A stretch of DNA of 64,000 bases from an uncultured Desulfobacter sp. (GTDB taxonomy: Bacteria; Desulfobacterota; Desulfobacteria; Desulfobacterales; Desulfobacteraceae). The DNA lies in NCBI GenBank assembly GCA_963665095.1, contig OY762069.1:3328001-3392000 (forward strand), written 5' to 3'. The notes beneath the pieces are model-generated. The model saw only the letters and a list, made by a program, of their open reading frames with translations. It had not been told where the DNA came from and searched no databases. This document shows, in pieces, positions 9,934-18,663 of this stretch; position 1 is the stretch's first letter; each line of letters begins with the position of its first letter. Both the position numbers and the translations under genes were made by a program.

Positions 9934-10111
9934 TTTCGGTGAAACGGAGCCGGGCTCTGCTGAGGAGCAACCTGGTAAGGGATAGCCGGAAGCAGGCAGC
10001 ATTGAATAATGCGCCAGGGGAAGTGGGGATTACCTGCTTCCCCTTTCTGCTTTATTCAAGCTGTTCTGCCTATGCCTTAAAAACCTACTGAGAAGGAGCG
10101 CAGCGACTTCT
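9934..10111 (+). ncRNA. putative structured RNA at 3' end of transposon A
   Basis: about 85% identical by hand alignment to 24586-24770, with compensatory changes; strand assumed from gene orientation. Confidence 0.55.
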
Positions 10112-10195
10112 GTAGCTGTCTTAAATAATATGGAAAAGATTTAATCTGTTCAAAATAATTAGAAAATTTAAGTCAGGATAAAATGCGACTCAACA

Positions 10196-10721
10196 ATGGG
10201 CATGCCCGCTGCACGGAGTTCACGTGCCAATTCTTCTTTCCAGGTCCCGTCTTCATCGATACGGATATAAACGATACCATCGAAGTCTGAAGGAGTCTCC
10301 AAACCAGGACTAATCAAGGCGCAAACCCTTGGTTGCCCGAGATGGGCGAGAAAGTACCCAAGTTCAAGAATGACATTCTGACGTGCCCGGGGCTTCAATT
10401 TTTTGTCGTTTATACCTCCAATATCATCATCTGTCATAATAACAACAGCAAATGTAACGAGTTCAGCCTCTTCTATAAACTTTGTAAGAAGATGTCTTCC
10501 CATATTGGGTTGTTCGTGGAGAACTATTGGTTCTAAACCATGCGCTTTTAATTCACGAACAACTTCAATCCGAGCTGTATCATTTTGCCCGTGTACAACA
10601 AAGACTCGATTAGGCTCTCGATCACTAATTGATGTTTGTTTTGATCCTGGCGATAAGGATTCTACTCCTAAACCCTCGTGGTGATCTACTGCATCGTTAT
10701 TGTCGTCTCCATTTTCTTGAA
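10196..10721 (-). pseudogene. cassette 4 gene 2, C-terminal part: TIR-like domain (PF10137/Cap12-type)
   Basis: RVFVVHG...PIVLHEQPN...FAVVIMTDDD...RARQNVILELGYF...PSDFDG; in frame with 14074..14756 once IS21 is removed. Confidence 0.85.
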
Positions 10722-10820
10722 TGTCAGGCGGGGCGTGAACATGTCATAAATCTCCCGGTTTAAAAATGTAGGCGATTAAAGGGCCGGCCTCCAGATGCAT
10801 GTAGACCGGCCTCGGCTTTG

Positions 10821-11555
10821 TTATTCTTCCGTCACATCTTTCATTCTAAAACTCTTACCCTCAATGACCACAGGCTCGGTGTGGTGAAGAAGCCTGTCCA
10901 GCAAAGCTGATGTTAATGTCATGTCATTGTTGAAGATCTCCGGCCAATCTTTGAACACCCGGTTTGTGGTTATTATGATGGCTCCTTGCTCATAGCGCTG
11001 ACTGATAATTTGGAACAACAGGTCTGCCCCAATCTTGTCAATGGGCAGGTAGCCCAGTTCATCCATGATCAACAAAGTTGGCTTGAGGTATTTTCTCAGT
11101 TCCTGCTTTAACTGACCCGCCTTCTGGGCTGCCACCAGATTGTTGACGATATCAATGGCAGAAGAGAACAGAACCGTATGGTTTTTCAGGCAGGCCTGGT
11201 AACCTAAAGCAGTCGCAATATGTGTTTTCCCAACACCGACCGGGCCGATCACGATAATGTTACCCTTTTCTTCAATGAACTTGAGTCTGAACAGATTCTG
11301 GATCTGAGCCTGATTGATTTTTCTGGGCCATGACCAGTTGAACTGGTCCAGGGTTTTGATTACCGGGAACTTGGCCATACGGATACGGCGCTGGATGGTT
11401 TTATCATGGCGCAGTAGTGATTCATGCCTGGCAAGCTCTGATAGATATTGAACGTGGCTCCATTGCTTCTGGGCAGCCAGGGTAGCCACTGACTCATAGT
11501 TTTCCCTGATATAAGGTAGTTTTAAGTGGGACAGGCATTTCTCAAGATCAGGCAT
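10821..11555 (-). CDS. istB: IS21 helper ATPase IstB
   Basis: GPVGVGKTH, LLIMDELGY, LLDRLLHH, IEGKSFR. Confidence 0.95.
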   Translation of the reverse strand: MPDLEKCLSHLKLPYIRENYESVATLAAQKQWSHVQYLSELARHESLLRHDKTIQRRIRMAKFPVIKTLDQFNWSWPRKINQAQIQNLFRLKFIEEKGNIIVIGPVGVGKTHIATALGYQACLKNHTVLFSSAIDIVNNLVAAQKAGQLKQELRKYLKPTLLIMDELGYLPIDKIGADLLFQIISQRYEQGAIIITTNRVFKDWPEIFNNDMTLTSALLDRLLHHTEPVVIEGKSFRMKDVTEE

Positions 11556-13023
11556 TTTTATCTCCTATGGCGGTATAAATATTAAGATCAGGCTCCTGGA
11601 TTGTCAGGTTCAGTAAATCTGCTTTATGTGTAACATGCAGGGCTCCGGGCTCCTGGGGAGACCGAACCCGCTGCTCAAGGAGGTTGGCGATGTATTCACA
11701 TGAGAATGCAGAGAACTTAAAGGCATCTTCAATGGCCATGGCAACTTGTTCCCGGGAGTAGATTTCACTCAAGGCCACGATTTGCCGTACATGATGGGAG
11801 GCGTTAAGCCGCCTGTTCTGCAATTGCCTGTAATACTCCCGGGCCTTGTCAGAGAGGCTTAAAAAACGCATATAAATTGCCTGGTCTCTGGCCTTTTTGC
11901 GCTGGCTCAAAAGGATTTTAGAGTGATCAGGATCTTCAAGGTCGTTTTTGCGGCCATAGGATCTGACATGGCGGGCAACCAACTTGTCTTCATGGTAAAA
12001 GCAGATCCGATCAGGGTAAAGCTTGGCAGTCAAAGCCACCCCTGCCAGCTGGGCGGGTACTGTGTAAGCATTTGTATCGATGACTACCCTGTACTGTCTT
12101 GAAGCCCGTACCTGCTTTACCACACCGATATCATAGGGTTCTGACGGCAGAGGGTATAGGTGGGGCAATTCCAGGGCATACATCTCTGCGGGCTTTTGAC
12201 CGGTCTCTCCGTGGGTTCTGACATTGGCGACAGTATCAAGCCAGTGTTTGCAGGTGGGCTCCATGATCTTAAAATCAGGGATTTCAAGACCGTTGAGCAG
12301 ATTCTTTTTGACATAGCCCACAGCATTTTCAACCCGGCCTTTTTCATTACCCTTGCGCACATTACAGGGAACAATTGTAAATCCGTAATAATCTGCAAAA
12401 TCAAGGTATCTGGGGTTGAAGACCGGGGCTTTCCCCAGCAGTCTTTTTAGAACAGCGGATTTGAGATTGTCCACCATGACCTTTTCCGGCACCTTTCCAA
12501 AAAACTCAAATGCATTCTGGTGGCAGCCTAAAAAATGCTCCATGGTCTGGGAGACCGTGAACTCAACGTACATCATGCGGCTGTGGCACATCACCATCAC
12601 AAAAAAGCTCAACCGCCGGGTCGTGTTGCCCACCCTTACTGTACTATAAGAACCCCAGTCCACCTGGGCAGCTTCACCCGGAGCAAAACTCAGTTTCAAA
12701 TACGCCTTTGTTTTGGGCGGCCGCACCTTCCTGACATAATCCTCAACAATGGTGATGCCCCCGGCAAAACCATCCTGGGTGATTCGTTGAAATATCTGGC
12801 GGGAACTGTAGGGATGTTTTTCAAGCATATGCAGGATGGCGTTCTTATACGGATCAAGCTTGCTTTCTCTGGGGGCTGACTGTCTGGGCTGGTACCTTTT
12901 CAGGTTGGCCCACCTGGCAACTGTCCTGGGGTCCAGATCAAGGGCATTGGCAATCTGGCTGTATGTCAGGCCGTCTCGGGTAAAGTAATTTCTGATTTGA
13001 ACATAGGTTTCGTAATCAATCAT
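11548..13023 (-). CDS. istA: IS21 transposase IstA
   Basis: APGEAAQVDWG, VDNLKSAV, EKGRVENAVGYVK. Confidence 0.95.
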   Translation of the reverse strand: MIDYETYVQIRNYFTRDGLTYSQIANALDLDPRTVARWANLKRYQPRQSAPRESKLDPYKNAILHMLEKHPYSSRQIFQRITQDGFAGGITIVEDYVRKVRPPKTKAYLKLSFAPGEAAQVDWGSYSTVRVGNTTRRLSFFVMVMCHSRMMYVEFTVSQTMEHFLGCHQNAFEFFGKVPEKVMVDNLKSAVLKRLLGKAPVFNPRYLDFADYYGFTIVPCNVRKGNEKGRVENAVGYVKKNLLNGLEIPDFKIMEPTCKHWLDTVANVRTHGETGQKPAEMYALELPHLYPLPSEPYDIGVVKQVRASRQYRVVIDTNAYTVPAQLAGVALTAKLYPDRICFYHEDKLVARHVRSYGRKNDLEDPDHSKILLSQRKKARDQAIYMRFLSLSDKAREYYRQLQNRRLNASHHVRQIVALSEIYSREQVAMAIEDAFKFSAFSCEYIANLLEQRVRSPQEPGALHVTHKADLLNLTIQEPDLNIYTAIGDKNA

Positions 13024-13402
13024 GGTTGCCCTCCGCTGCTGCTTTTAGAATATCTGAAAGACGCAGCATGGAGCCGTGCCGTTTTGATTTACCAGGAGCA
13101 GGGTCAAGGGCAAGCACCTGGTAAATAGGTCTCTGCCAGGCAATCAGCCCATTCTGTATTAACCCGGAACGTGCTGTCTTCAGGCCATCAGAATCCATGC
13201 ACAGCCGATCCATGATCGCCTTATCTCCATAGTAGCTGATGCCTTGACTGTCGGCCACACACACCAGAAACAGATATAGGGCGGACTGGGAGTGTGTACA
13301 CCTGTCAATGTGCCGTTCACGCACCAGGCGATGATCGATCCAACTGAAGCTTTGGGGTGTTTTTCGAACCCTGGATGGTAAAATGGGGGCCTTTGCAATC
13401 AT
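13016..13402 (-). CDS. IS21-associated winged-helix-like protein
   Basis: 128 aa, overlaps istA start; FSWIDHRL...LYLFLVCVAD...SYY. Confidence 0.65.
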   Translation of the reverse strand: MIAKAPILPSRVRKTPQSFSWIDHRLVRERHIDRCTHSQSALYLFLVCVADSQGISYYGDKAIMDRLCMDSDGLKTARSGLIQNGLIAWQRPIYQVLALDPAPGKSKRHGSMLRLSDILKAAAEGNHD

Positions 13403-13883
13403 TTTGCTCTCCTTCTTTTTGGGGTTGTGAACATAAAATGTCTTGCCCGTATTTTTTCATACGAAGGAGCGTGGAAGCGATGTCATCTTGTAACGCACTG
13501 CCTGTAAAGTTGGCGATTAACCCTATAATGACAGGAGGTTGCGCCCGTAAGAAATCTTGTAACGCATTGTCCATGAATTGCGTTGAATCCTGTTTATTTT
13601 CAGCCTGTTGGGGCAATATCGAGTCTTGTAACGTATCTGGGCTTTTGGTCTTCTTCCAATATCCGGGATTCTTCTTTCTCCATTCCTGAACACGTTCAAC
13701 ATGGGCAGGCCCACAAAAGTAGTTTCGATTTTCAGGCTTGTTCAGCCATTTTTTCTGGCTGCACCTTTTGCTGGCTTTTCTGCACTCAGATCTGGAACAG
13801 TATTTTTGAGAGTCTATATTTCTTGGATTAGGAGCGAATAATCTTCTACAATTTCGGCACCTTCTTTTCTTGAGTAGTCCCAT
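13317..13883 (-). CDS. IS21-associated Cys-rich hypothetical protein
   Basis: CRNC...YCSRSEC; GGAGG RBS; inside the IS ends. Confidence 0.65.
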   Translation of the reverse strand: MGLLKKRRCRNCRRLFAPNPRNIDSQKYCSRSECRKASKRCSQKKWLNKPENRNYFCGPAHVERVQEWRKKNPGYWKKTKSPDTLQDSILPQQAENKQDSTQFMDNALQDFLRAQPPVIIGLIANFTGSALQDDIASTLLRMKKYGQDILCSQPQKEGEQNDCKGPHFTIQGSKNTPKLQLDRSSPGA

Positions 13884-14073
13884 CTACATATTGCCTCCGA
13901 TTCAAATCAGACATGAATAAGATCAGTATGTACGGAAAAAAGCATAGGGCAAAGAAAGGAAAAAAATGAAGAAGACGAAATTTTTAAATTTGATTTTTAA
14001 GAGAAGAAAAACCAGCTAAGAACATACATTTTCAAACCGGGGATTTGGCTGCATTTTCAAGACGGCCCTGACA

Positions 14074-14756
14074 TCTTGAAGGGCATTTCGCACAATGAAT
14101 GCTTGAAAGAGTGAATTCTCAGCAGTAACAGCTTGTGGGTTATCTAAGGCAAACTTGATAATAGCATTTGCTCTATCCCGACGGCTCCCAATACTGCGAC
14201 CAGCGTCTAATCCTTCCACTCCAGCCTCTAAAAGGAAGTCGTCTATTTCGGTGTGCCCCCAATCACCTATTTCATTCCGGCTTTGCAATAGTTTTTGGCG
14301 GCTTGGGGTAGGTAGTGGAATGTTTTTAAACCTTGATATGGCGGTATCGGTAAATGCATAGTCTGCACTATGTAAAATAGAAAATAAGTCGCAATCTTTT
14401 ACAGCCCAATGATTTCGACTGAATTCGAAATCTGCAATATCTAAATCATGCCGGAGTTTCCATATAGCATCGTTAACTAAAGAGATATTTGGGTCAAATT
14501 TAGAGACAACGAAACTAATGCTCCGTGCATTAGCATTAATAGTGTTTATCTGAACGACATGCACTACCTCATCGCCACGCCCTTCCTGCATCAGAATACA
14601 GGGCCAGGATTTTAGACAGTGTATCGACTCAGTCGATAAATTCCCCAACTGATCTTTGATAGAGCTACTTGTATATTCCAGAAATCTACTTCGGTCGATT
14701 TCGATCTTGGGTTTGAAGACATCTTCTACTAATCCAGAAACAATAATGCTGTACAT
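14074..14756 (-). pseudogene. cassette 4 gene 2, N-terminal part (interrupted by IS21); reconstructed protein 402 aa
   Basis: frame continues ...VRNALQ|ENGDD... across the TCTTGAA duplication. Confidence 0.82.
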
Positions 14757-14775
14757 AGATTATCGTCTTTCCTTA

Positions 14776-15951
14776 TTAAAGATTTTTATAATAGCTTTTC
14801 CATTTATCAAAAGATAAATTCTCGCCAATTGTATCGATTTGTGATGTGGGCTCTTCTCTATGTTTCAATGCAAGTGCCTCTGTAGTTACCCTCAGTTTTG
14901 ACATTTGCATTGCATGCCCAACAAAAAAACCTTCGAATTTGCCATTATTTTTTGAATCCCACGTTTGTTTTATTTCTTCATCTGTTAAATCTTTTTGAGA
15001 ATTATAGTAGTTGATCAAATCTTGATATTGCCCCTTTTTCTTTGAATACCCATAGAAGTGTTTGTAGTCTTTTTTTGAAATAGACCTCTTAATAATTCCC
15101 CCACCCATTTCATCTATGAATAATCCTACAGGATAATTGAATCCAAATTTTTTTTGAACATTTACTGGATGGAATAACATGGGGAAATTTATGTAATACA
15201 TCCAAAGTATAGGCTCAATTATCATTGATAATTTGTAGGGGAAGAAAAGACCTTCCAAGCTCTGCTCGGGGACAGATGAACATCCCATGTGTTTAGGGGA
15301 ATACATCGGTTGATAAGGATGTGCTGATGTTTTAGAAAGACCGTCTAAGTGTAGTTGTAATCGTTTTTTCACTGGTTTGCTAAAGCTATCAGATGGTAAG
15401 CAACCTTTGAGAATAGTTGCCCATTTTGGGTTAAACTTATTCTTAAAATACTCTTCAATAGTTGTATAGCTGCCTTCATTCTCGATTTTTCTGTATGAGT
15501 AATTTTGAAGCAGTGAAAATTCTAAAAAGAGTCTTAACAATAGCCCTATCGAGGCCGAAAATCCATTTAGGCCACATAAAATAGCCTCGATAAGTAAGTA
15601 TTTTGCTTCGTAATAAAAATACCATCGCCTGAAAATAGTTGACGCATCGCCTCCTTCATGGAATGAGGCAGAAAACATATCTTGGACTGTTAAATAAGCA
15701 AACAATTTCCACTTAAAATCAATCCAATAGATGTTAAGTATTTTGTCATCCTCAAGTACTTCAAGACTTTTTTTTGCTATACTTGATAAATTCGATTTTT
15801 GTAGAGATAGAATGGCTTCAATGCTACCAGGATCTTTCATCGTGGACGGATTTTTAATGCAGATATAAGTAGACGCAACTTTTCGGTGAGAGGCCATTTT
15901 ATTTATAAGCTCATCTAAAAAGTTTGTATCTGAATTGTCAGTTTTATTCAT
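14776..15951 (-). CDS. cassette 4 gene 1: hypothetical, HEPN/DUF5677-like
   Basis: LLRLFLE...Y and LSKTSAHP motifs; 19 nt upstream of the TIR gene with no attC between. Confidence 0.6.
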   Translation of the reverse strand: MNKTDNSDTNFLDELINKMASHRKVASTYICIKNPSTMKDPGSIEAILSLQKSNLSSIAKKSLEVLEDDKILNIYWIDFKWKLFAYLTVQDMFSASFHEGGDASTIFRRWYFYYEAKYLLIEAILCGLNGFSASIGLLLRLFLEFSLLQNYSYRKIENEGSYTTIEEYFKNKFNPKWATILKGCLPSDSFSKPVKKRLQLHLDGLSKTSAHPYQPMYSPKHMGCSSVPEQSLEGLFFPYKLSMIIEPILWMYYINFPMLFHPVNVQKKFGFNYPVGLFIDEMGGGIIKRSISKKDYKHFYGYSKKKGQYQDLINYYNSQKDLTDEEIKQTWDSKNNGKFEGFFVGHAMQMSKLRVTTEALALKHREEPTSQIDTIGENLSFDKWKSYYKNL

Positions 15952-15957
15952 ATCATT

Positions 15958-16019
15958 ACAGAACGGGCTGTTCAGGGGCGGCGAGGTACGAGCCGTCCAC
16001 TACAACAGCAATGTTATAT
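15958..16019 (-). other. attC site (62 bp)
   Basis: ATATAAC...GTTCTGT with gctgttg..tgg..cggc / gccg..cc..aacagc pairing; R'' matches entry GTTATAT at 16636-16630. Confidence 0.85.
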
Positions 16020-16616
16020 GCATTTTATGCCAAATTCCCTTTCCATTGCCGCACGAGTCATTACGATACTTTTTTGATCACGAGCCCCTTCTTTGTAGCT
16101 GACAACGAAAAATTTTTCTTTGCTTAACCAATCTTGGCTATATTCTAATCGAGCGGAACAGTGCTCAAAAAATAAAATATTTTCATATGCATCTTTAAGC
16201 GTGCAACTCTCCTCAAAGTATTTGGATATAATCTGTTTCATATCCGTCAAACAGGCTGCTATTTTGGGACCTAACCATTTGATTAAAGAAATTTCATCAT
16301 GAATGGCACCAATATTAAACAAGCCGTCTGAAATTTTTTTTTGTAATTTTGCCAAAACATGGACCGTATCATGTTTTGTCGTTTTTTTTATTATATCTTC
16401 ATCCTTTTTTAAAGCAGATGAATATATATTTTGTCCCATGAAAAAACTGTAAATGTCTTCAGAAACATTTATTACAGACTTGCCTTTCCATCCTTCAGCT
16501 TCTGAGGCCATTAATAATGGGGATTTTTCAAGAGCAGGATCAGTCCACAAACGAAGTCGGAAAATTAACTCTTCAGGCGTTTTATAGTAATCTATCGAAT
16601 CATAGCTGAGTTTCAT
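16014..16616 (-). CDS. cassette 3: hypothetical protein (~200 aa)
   Basis: stop lies in R''; the ORF-track start (16685) is inside the upstream attC, so ATG 16616 or 16631 is more likely. Confidence 0.75.
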   Translation of the reverse strand: MKLSYDSIDYYKTPEELIFRLRLWTDPALEKSPLLMASEAEGWKGKSVINVSEDIYSFFMGQNIYSSALKKDEDIIKKTTKHDTVHVLAKLQKKISDGLFNIGAIHDEISLIKWLGPKIAACLTDMKQIISKYFEESCTLKDAYENILFFEHCSARLEYSQDWLSKEKFFVVSYKEGARDQKSIVMTRAAMEREFGIKCI

Positions 16617-16629
16617 GTTTGTATATACC

Positions 16630-16752
16630 ATATAACGGGGAGCTAATCCGCCGGGAAAGTAAAGGCGACAAACCCTCAAAAACAAGGACTTTGGTTAAAT
16701 TTACACCGTTTCAAAGCGGCTCAGTTTTCCCGGTCGGGTTCAGCGCTTTTGT
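16630..16752 (-). other. attC site (128 bp reconstructed; last 5 bp at 18664-18668) interrupted by group II intron
   Basis: rejoined + strand ttttgt|tagca gives R'' TGCTAAC, matching entry GTTAGCA at 19535-19529; ccgggaaa/tttcccgg stem. Confidence 0.85.
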
Positions 16753-18663
16753 GTGTGCCGGGCACGGCACGTGTTCTTAAAAGTGAGTCAAACGTAAACG
16801 ATTTCAATGCGTTTGGCAAGTCTTAGGCCCAGCCGGATGGAGGCGAAGGGTGTAGTGGTAGTGCAACGGGGTACCGGTGACGGTGCTTCGGAAGGAAGCC
16901 GCCTTGCTGAGGCAAGGTACCGCAAAAGTACGGGATGACGTACAGGAATCGGATATAAGGCGCACATACCGGGACGAGCCTGCACAACAAGGTGAAGTCC
17001 TCTATCCATTACAGGGTATGTCCGTAAATCCGGCATTCACGTACTGAAAGACACGTGTTTACCCCGGGAGATCTCCCATGTGCCGTAACGGCTGAGGGGC
17101 GGGTAACCGACTCTGACCGCATGGGAGAAGTCAGCAGAAGGCATAGTAGGCGGAGGAAACGAGCCCTGCAAACCAGGGAGGACTCACCCCGGTGAAGGCC
17201 TGAACGGTGCCCGGGCCGAATGGTCCGGGTAAATGATAACGACAAATAGGAGATGTGTACTTGTGAACAGATCGCCACAGCAGATGGAACTGTTTCCAGC
17301 GTCACAAATTGCCGAACGTCTGGGAAACAATGCCCGGTTAATGGAGATGATCCTTGAACGCAACAACATTATCCTGGCATGGAAACATGTCTGTGCAAAC
17401 AAGGGTGCCCCTGGGGTGGATGGTATGAAAACCAGCCAGCTTGGCAGCTACCTTGCAAAGCACTGGCATGAAATCAAACAAGACCTGCTTAACGGCAGGC
17501 ACAAACCGCTACCGGTTAAAAGGAAGGAAATCCCCAAACCAGACGGCGGAATCCGTTTACTTGGAATACCCACGGTGCTTGACCGGTTTATTCAACAGGC
17601 CATATCCCAGGTCCTGGAACAGATCTGGGACCCCTTTTTCTCTGAACACAGTTATGGGTTCAGGCCCGGCAGATCCGCACACGATGCGGTAATGCAGGGT
17701 AAAAGGTACATGGTTGAAGGTTATACCTATGTCGTTGATATGGACCTGTCGAAATTTTTTGACCGAGTTTCGCACGACCGCCTGATGAGCAGACTCGCCA
17801 GAAGAATAAAAGATAAGCGCGTATTGAAGGTAATACGACAATATCTGAGGTCTGGTGTGCTGGTCTCGGGCGTCACGGTGCCTACAGAAGAAGGGACTCC
17901 CCAGGGAGGTCCTCTTTCTCCGCTGCTGTCCAATATTGTCCTGGATGAACTGGATAAAGAGTTGGAGAAACGAGGCCACCGGTATGTTCGGTATGCCGAT
18001 GATTTTATGATTTTCTGCAAAAGCCGCAAGGCTGCCGAAAGGGTTATGGAGAGTATCACCCGGTTTCTGACGGTGAAACTCAAGCTCAAAGTAAACCAGG
18101 AGAAAAGTGCTGTCAGCAGACCCTGGCTGAGCAAATTCTTAGGATTCACATATTTTCAAATGTGTGGGCAGTCCAAGATCCGGATTCACGCCAAGAGCAT
18201 GAAACGGTTCAAGGACAAGGTCCGGGAATTAACCAGCCGTAAACGGGGCAAAAGCCTGTGGCAGGTGATTCAGGACTTGAACCAGTACATTCGTGGATGG
18301 TGGGGTTATTTCCGGCTCACGGAAACCCTCTATTTTCTGAAAGAACTCAAGGTCTGGATACTGCGACGGCTGAGAAGTCTTGTCTGGAAACAATGGAAAA
18401 ACCCTGGAACCAGGGTTCGTAACCTGGAAAAACTTGGTATTTCGCATGGGGACGCCATGCTTTGCGGTAACGCCCGTAAAAAGTACTGGCACATGAGCAA
18501 AATCAAGTGGGTGGCCATTGCCATGCCTGAAATGTATTTTGTCAAAAAAGGATTATATCTGCCCGGGAACTGATTTCCGAAATCAGCCGAACCGCCTTGG
18601 TACGTGATCCGTATGCCGGGTGGTGTGGGAGGGCTCCTCAGTGATGGGGAGTCCTATCCCGAT
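16753..18663 (+). mobile_element. group II intron, class C-attC type (1911 nt)
   Basis: 5' GTGTG; domain V gaaccgcc...ggtggtgtgggagg; 3' end cctatcccgat; inserted at TTGT/TA on the attC bottom strand. Confidence 0.92.
17233..18573 (+). CDS. ltrA: group II intron reverse transcriptase/maturase (no endonuclease domain)
   Basis: NKGAPGVDG, LGIPTVLDR, PQGGPLSPLLSNI, RYADD, maturase RGWWGYF. Confidence 0.96.
   Translation: MITTNRRCVLVNRSPQQMELFPASQIAERLGNNARLMEMILERNNIILAWKHVCANKGAPGVDGMKTSQLGSYLAKHWHEIKQDLLNGRHKPLPVKRKEIPKPDGGIRLLGIPTVLDRFIQQAISQVLEQIWDPFFSEHSYGFRPGRSAHDAVMQGKRYMVEGYTYVVDMDLSKFFDRVSHDRLMSRLARRIKDKRVLKVIRQYLRSGVLVSGVTVPTEEGTPQGGPLSPLLSNIVLDELDKELEKRGHRYVRYADDFMIFCKSRKAAERVMESITRFLTVKLKLKVNQEKSAVSRPWLSKFLGFTYFQMCGQSKIRIHAKSMKRFKDKVRELTSRKRGKSLWQVIQDLNQYIRGWWGYFRLTETLYFLKELKVWILRRLRSLVWKQWKNPGTRVRNLEKLGISHGDAMLCGNARKKYWHMSKIKWVAIAMPEMYFVKKGLYLPGN

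Larger units (their letters stand above)
7098..10195 (+). mobile_element. transposon A: Zn-finger + DDE transposase + AAA ATPase (3098 bp)
   Basis: TGT...ACA ends with imperfect IR (tgtagattcccgaaataatctga vs tgttgagtcgcattttatcctga); 5-bp target duplication ATGGG (7093-7097, 10196-10200); removal restores the TIR gene end GMPIA*. Confidence 0.85.
10722..14073 (-). mobile_element. IS21-family element with two extra upstream ORFs (3352 bp)
   Basis: TGTCAGG...CCTGACA ends, repeated ccggttt(a/g)aaaatgta boxes; 7-bp target duplication TCTTGAA (10715-10721, 14074-14080). Confidence 0.92.

Noticed and set aside
9940..9976. Resemblance of GAAAC…GGGCTC…GAGCAACCTG to the c-di-GMP-II riboswitch
   Set aside because: Copy B lacks GCAACC, the pseudoknot/kink-turn segments are absent, and no gene lies downstream within the element
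10053..10062. ATTCAAGC in the structured element matches the flank of transposon A (7084-7091), suggesting RNA-guided targeting
   Set aside because: Only 8 nt, inside a stem, and identical in copy B whose target differs; no variable guide segment visible
14016..14073. C-terminus DVRAVLKMQPNPRFENVCS of the 246-aa ORF
   Set aside because: Read-through into the IS21 inverted repeat, not native sequence
17233..18573. RT as retron, DGR or defence-associated RT
   Set aside because: Maturase domain, intron domains V/VI and exact attC insertion identify a group II intron
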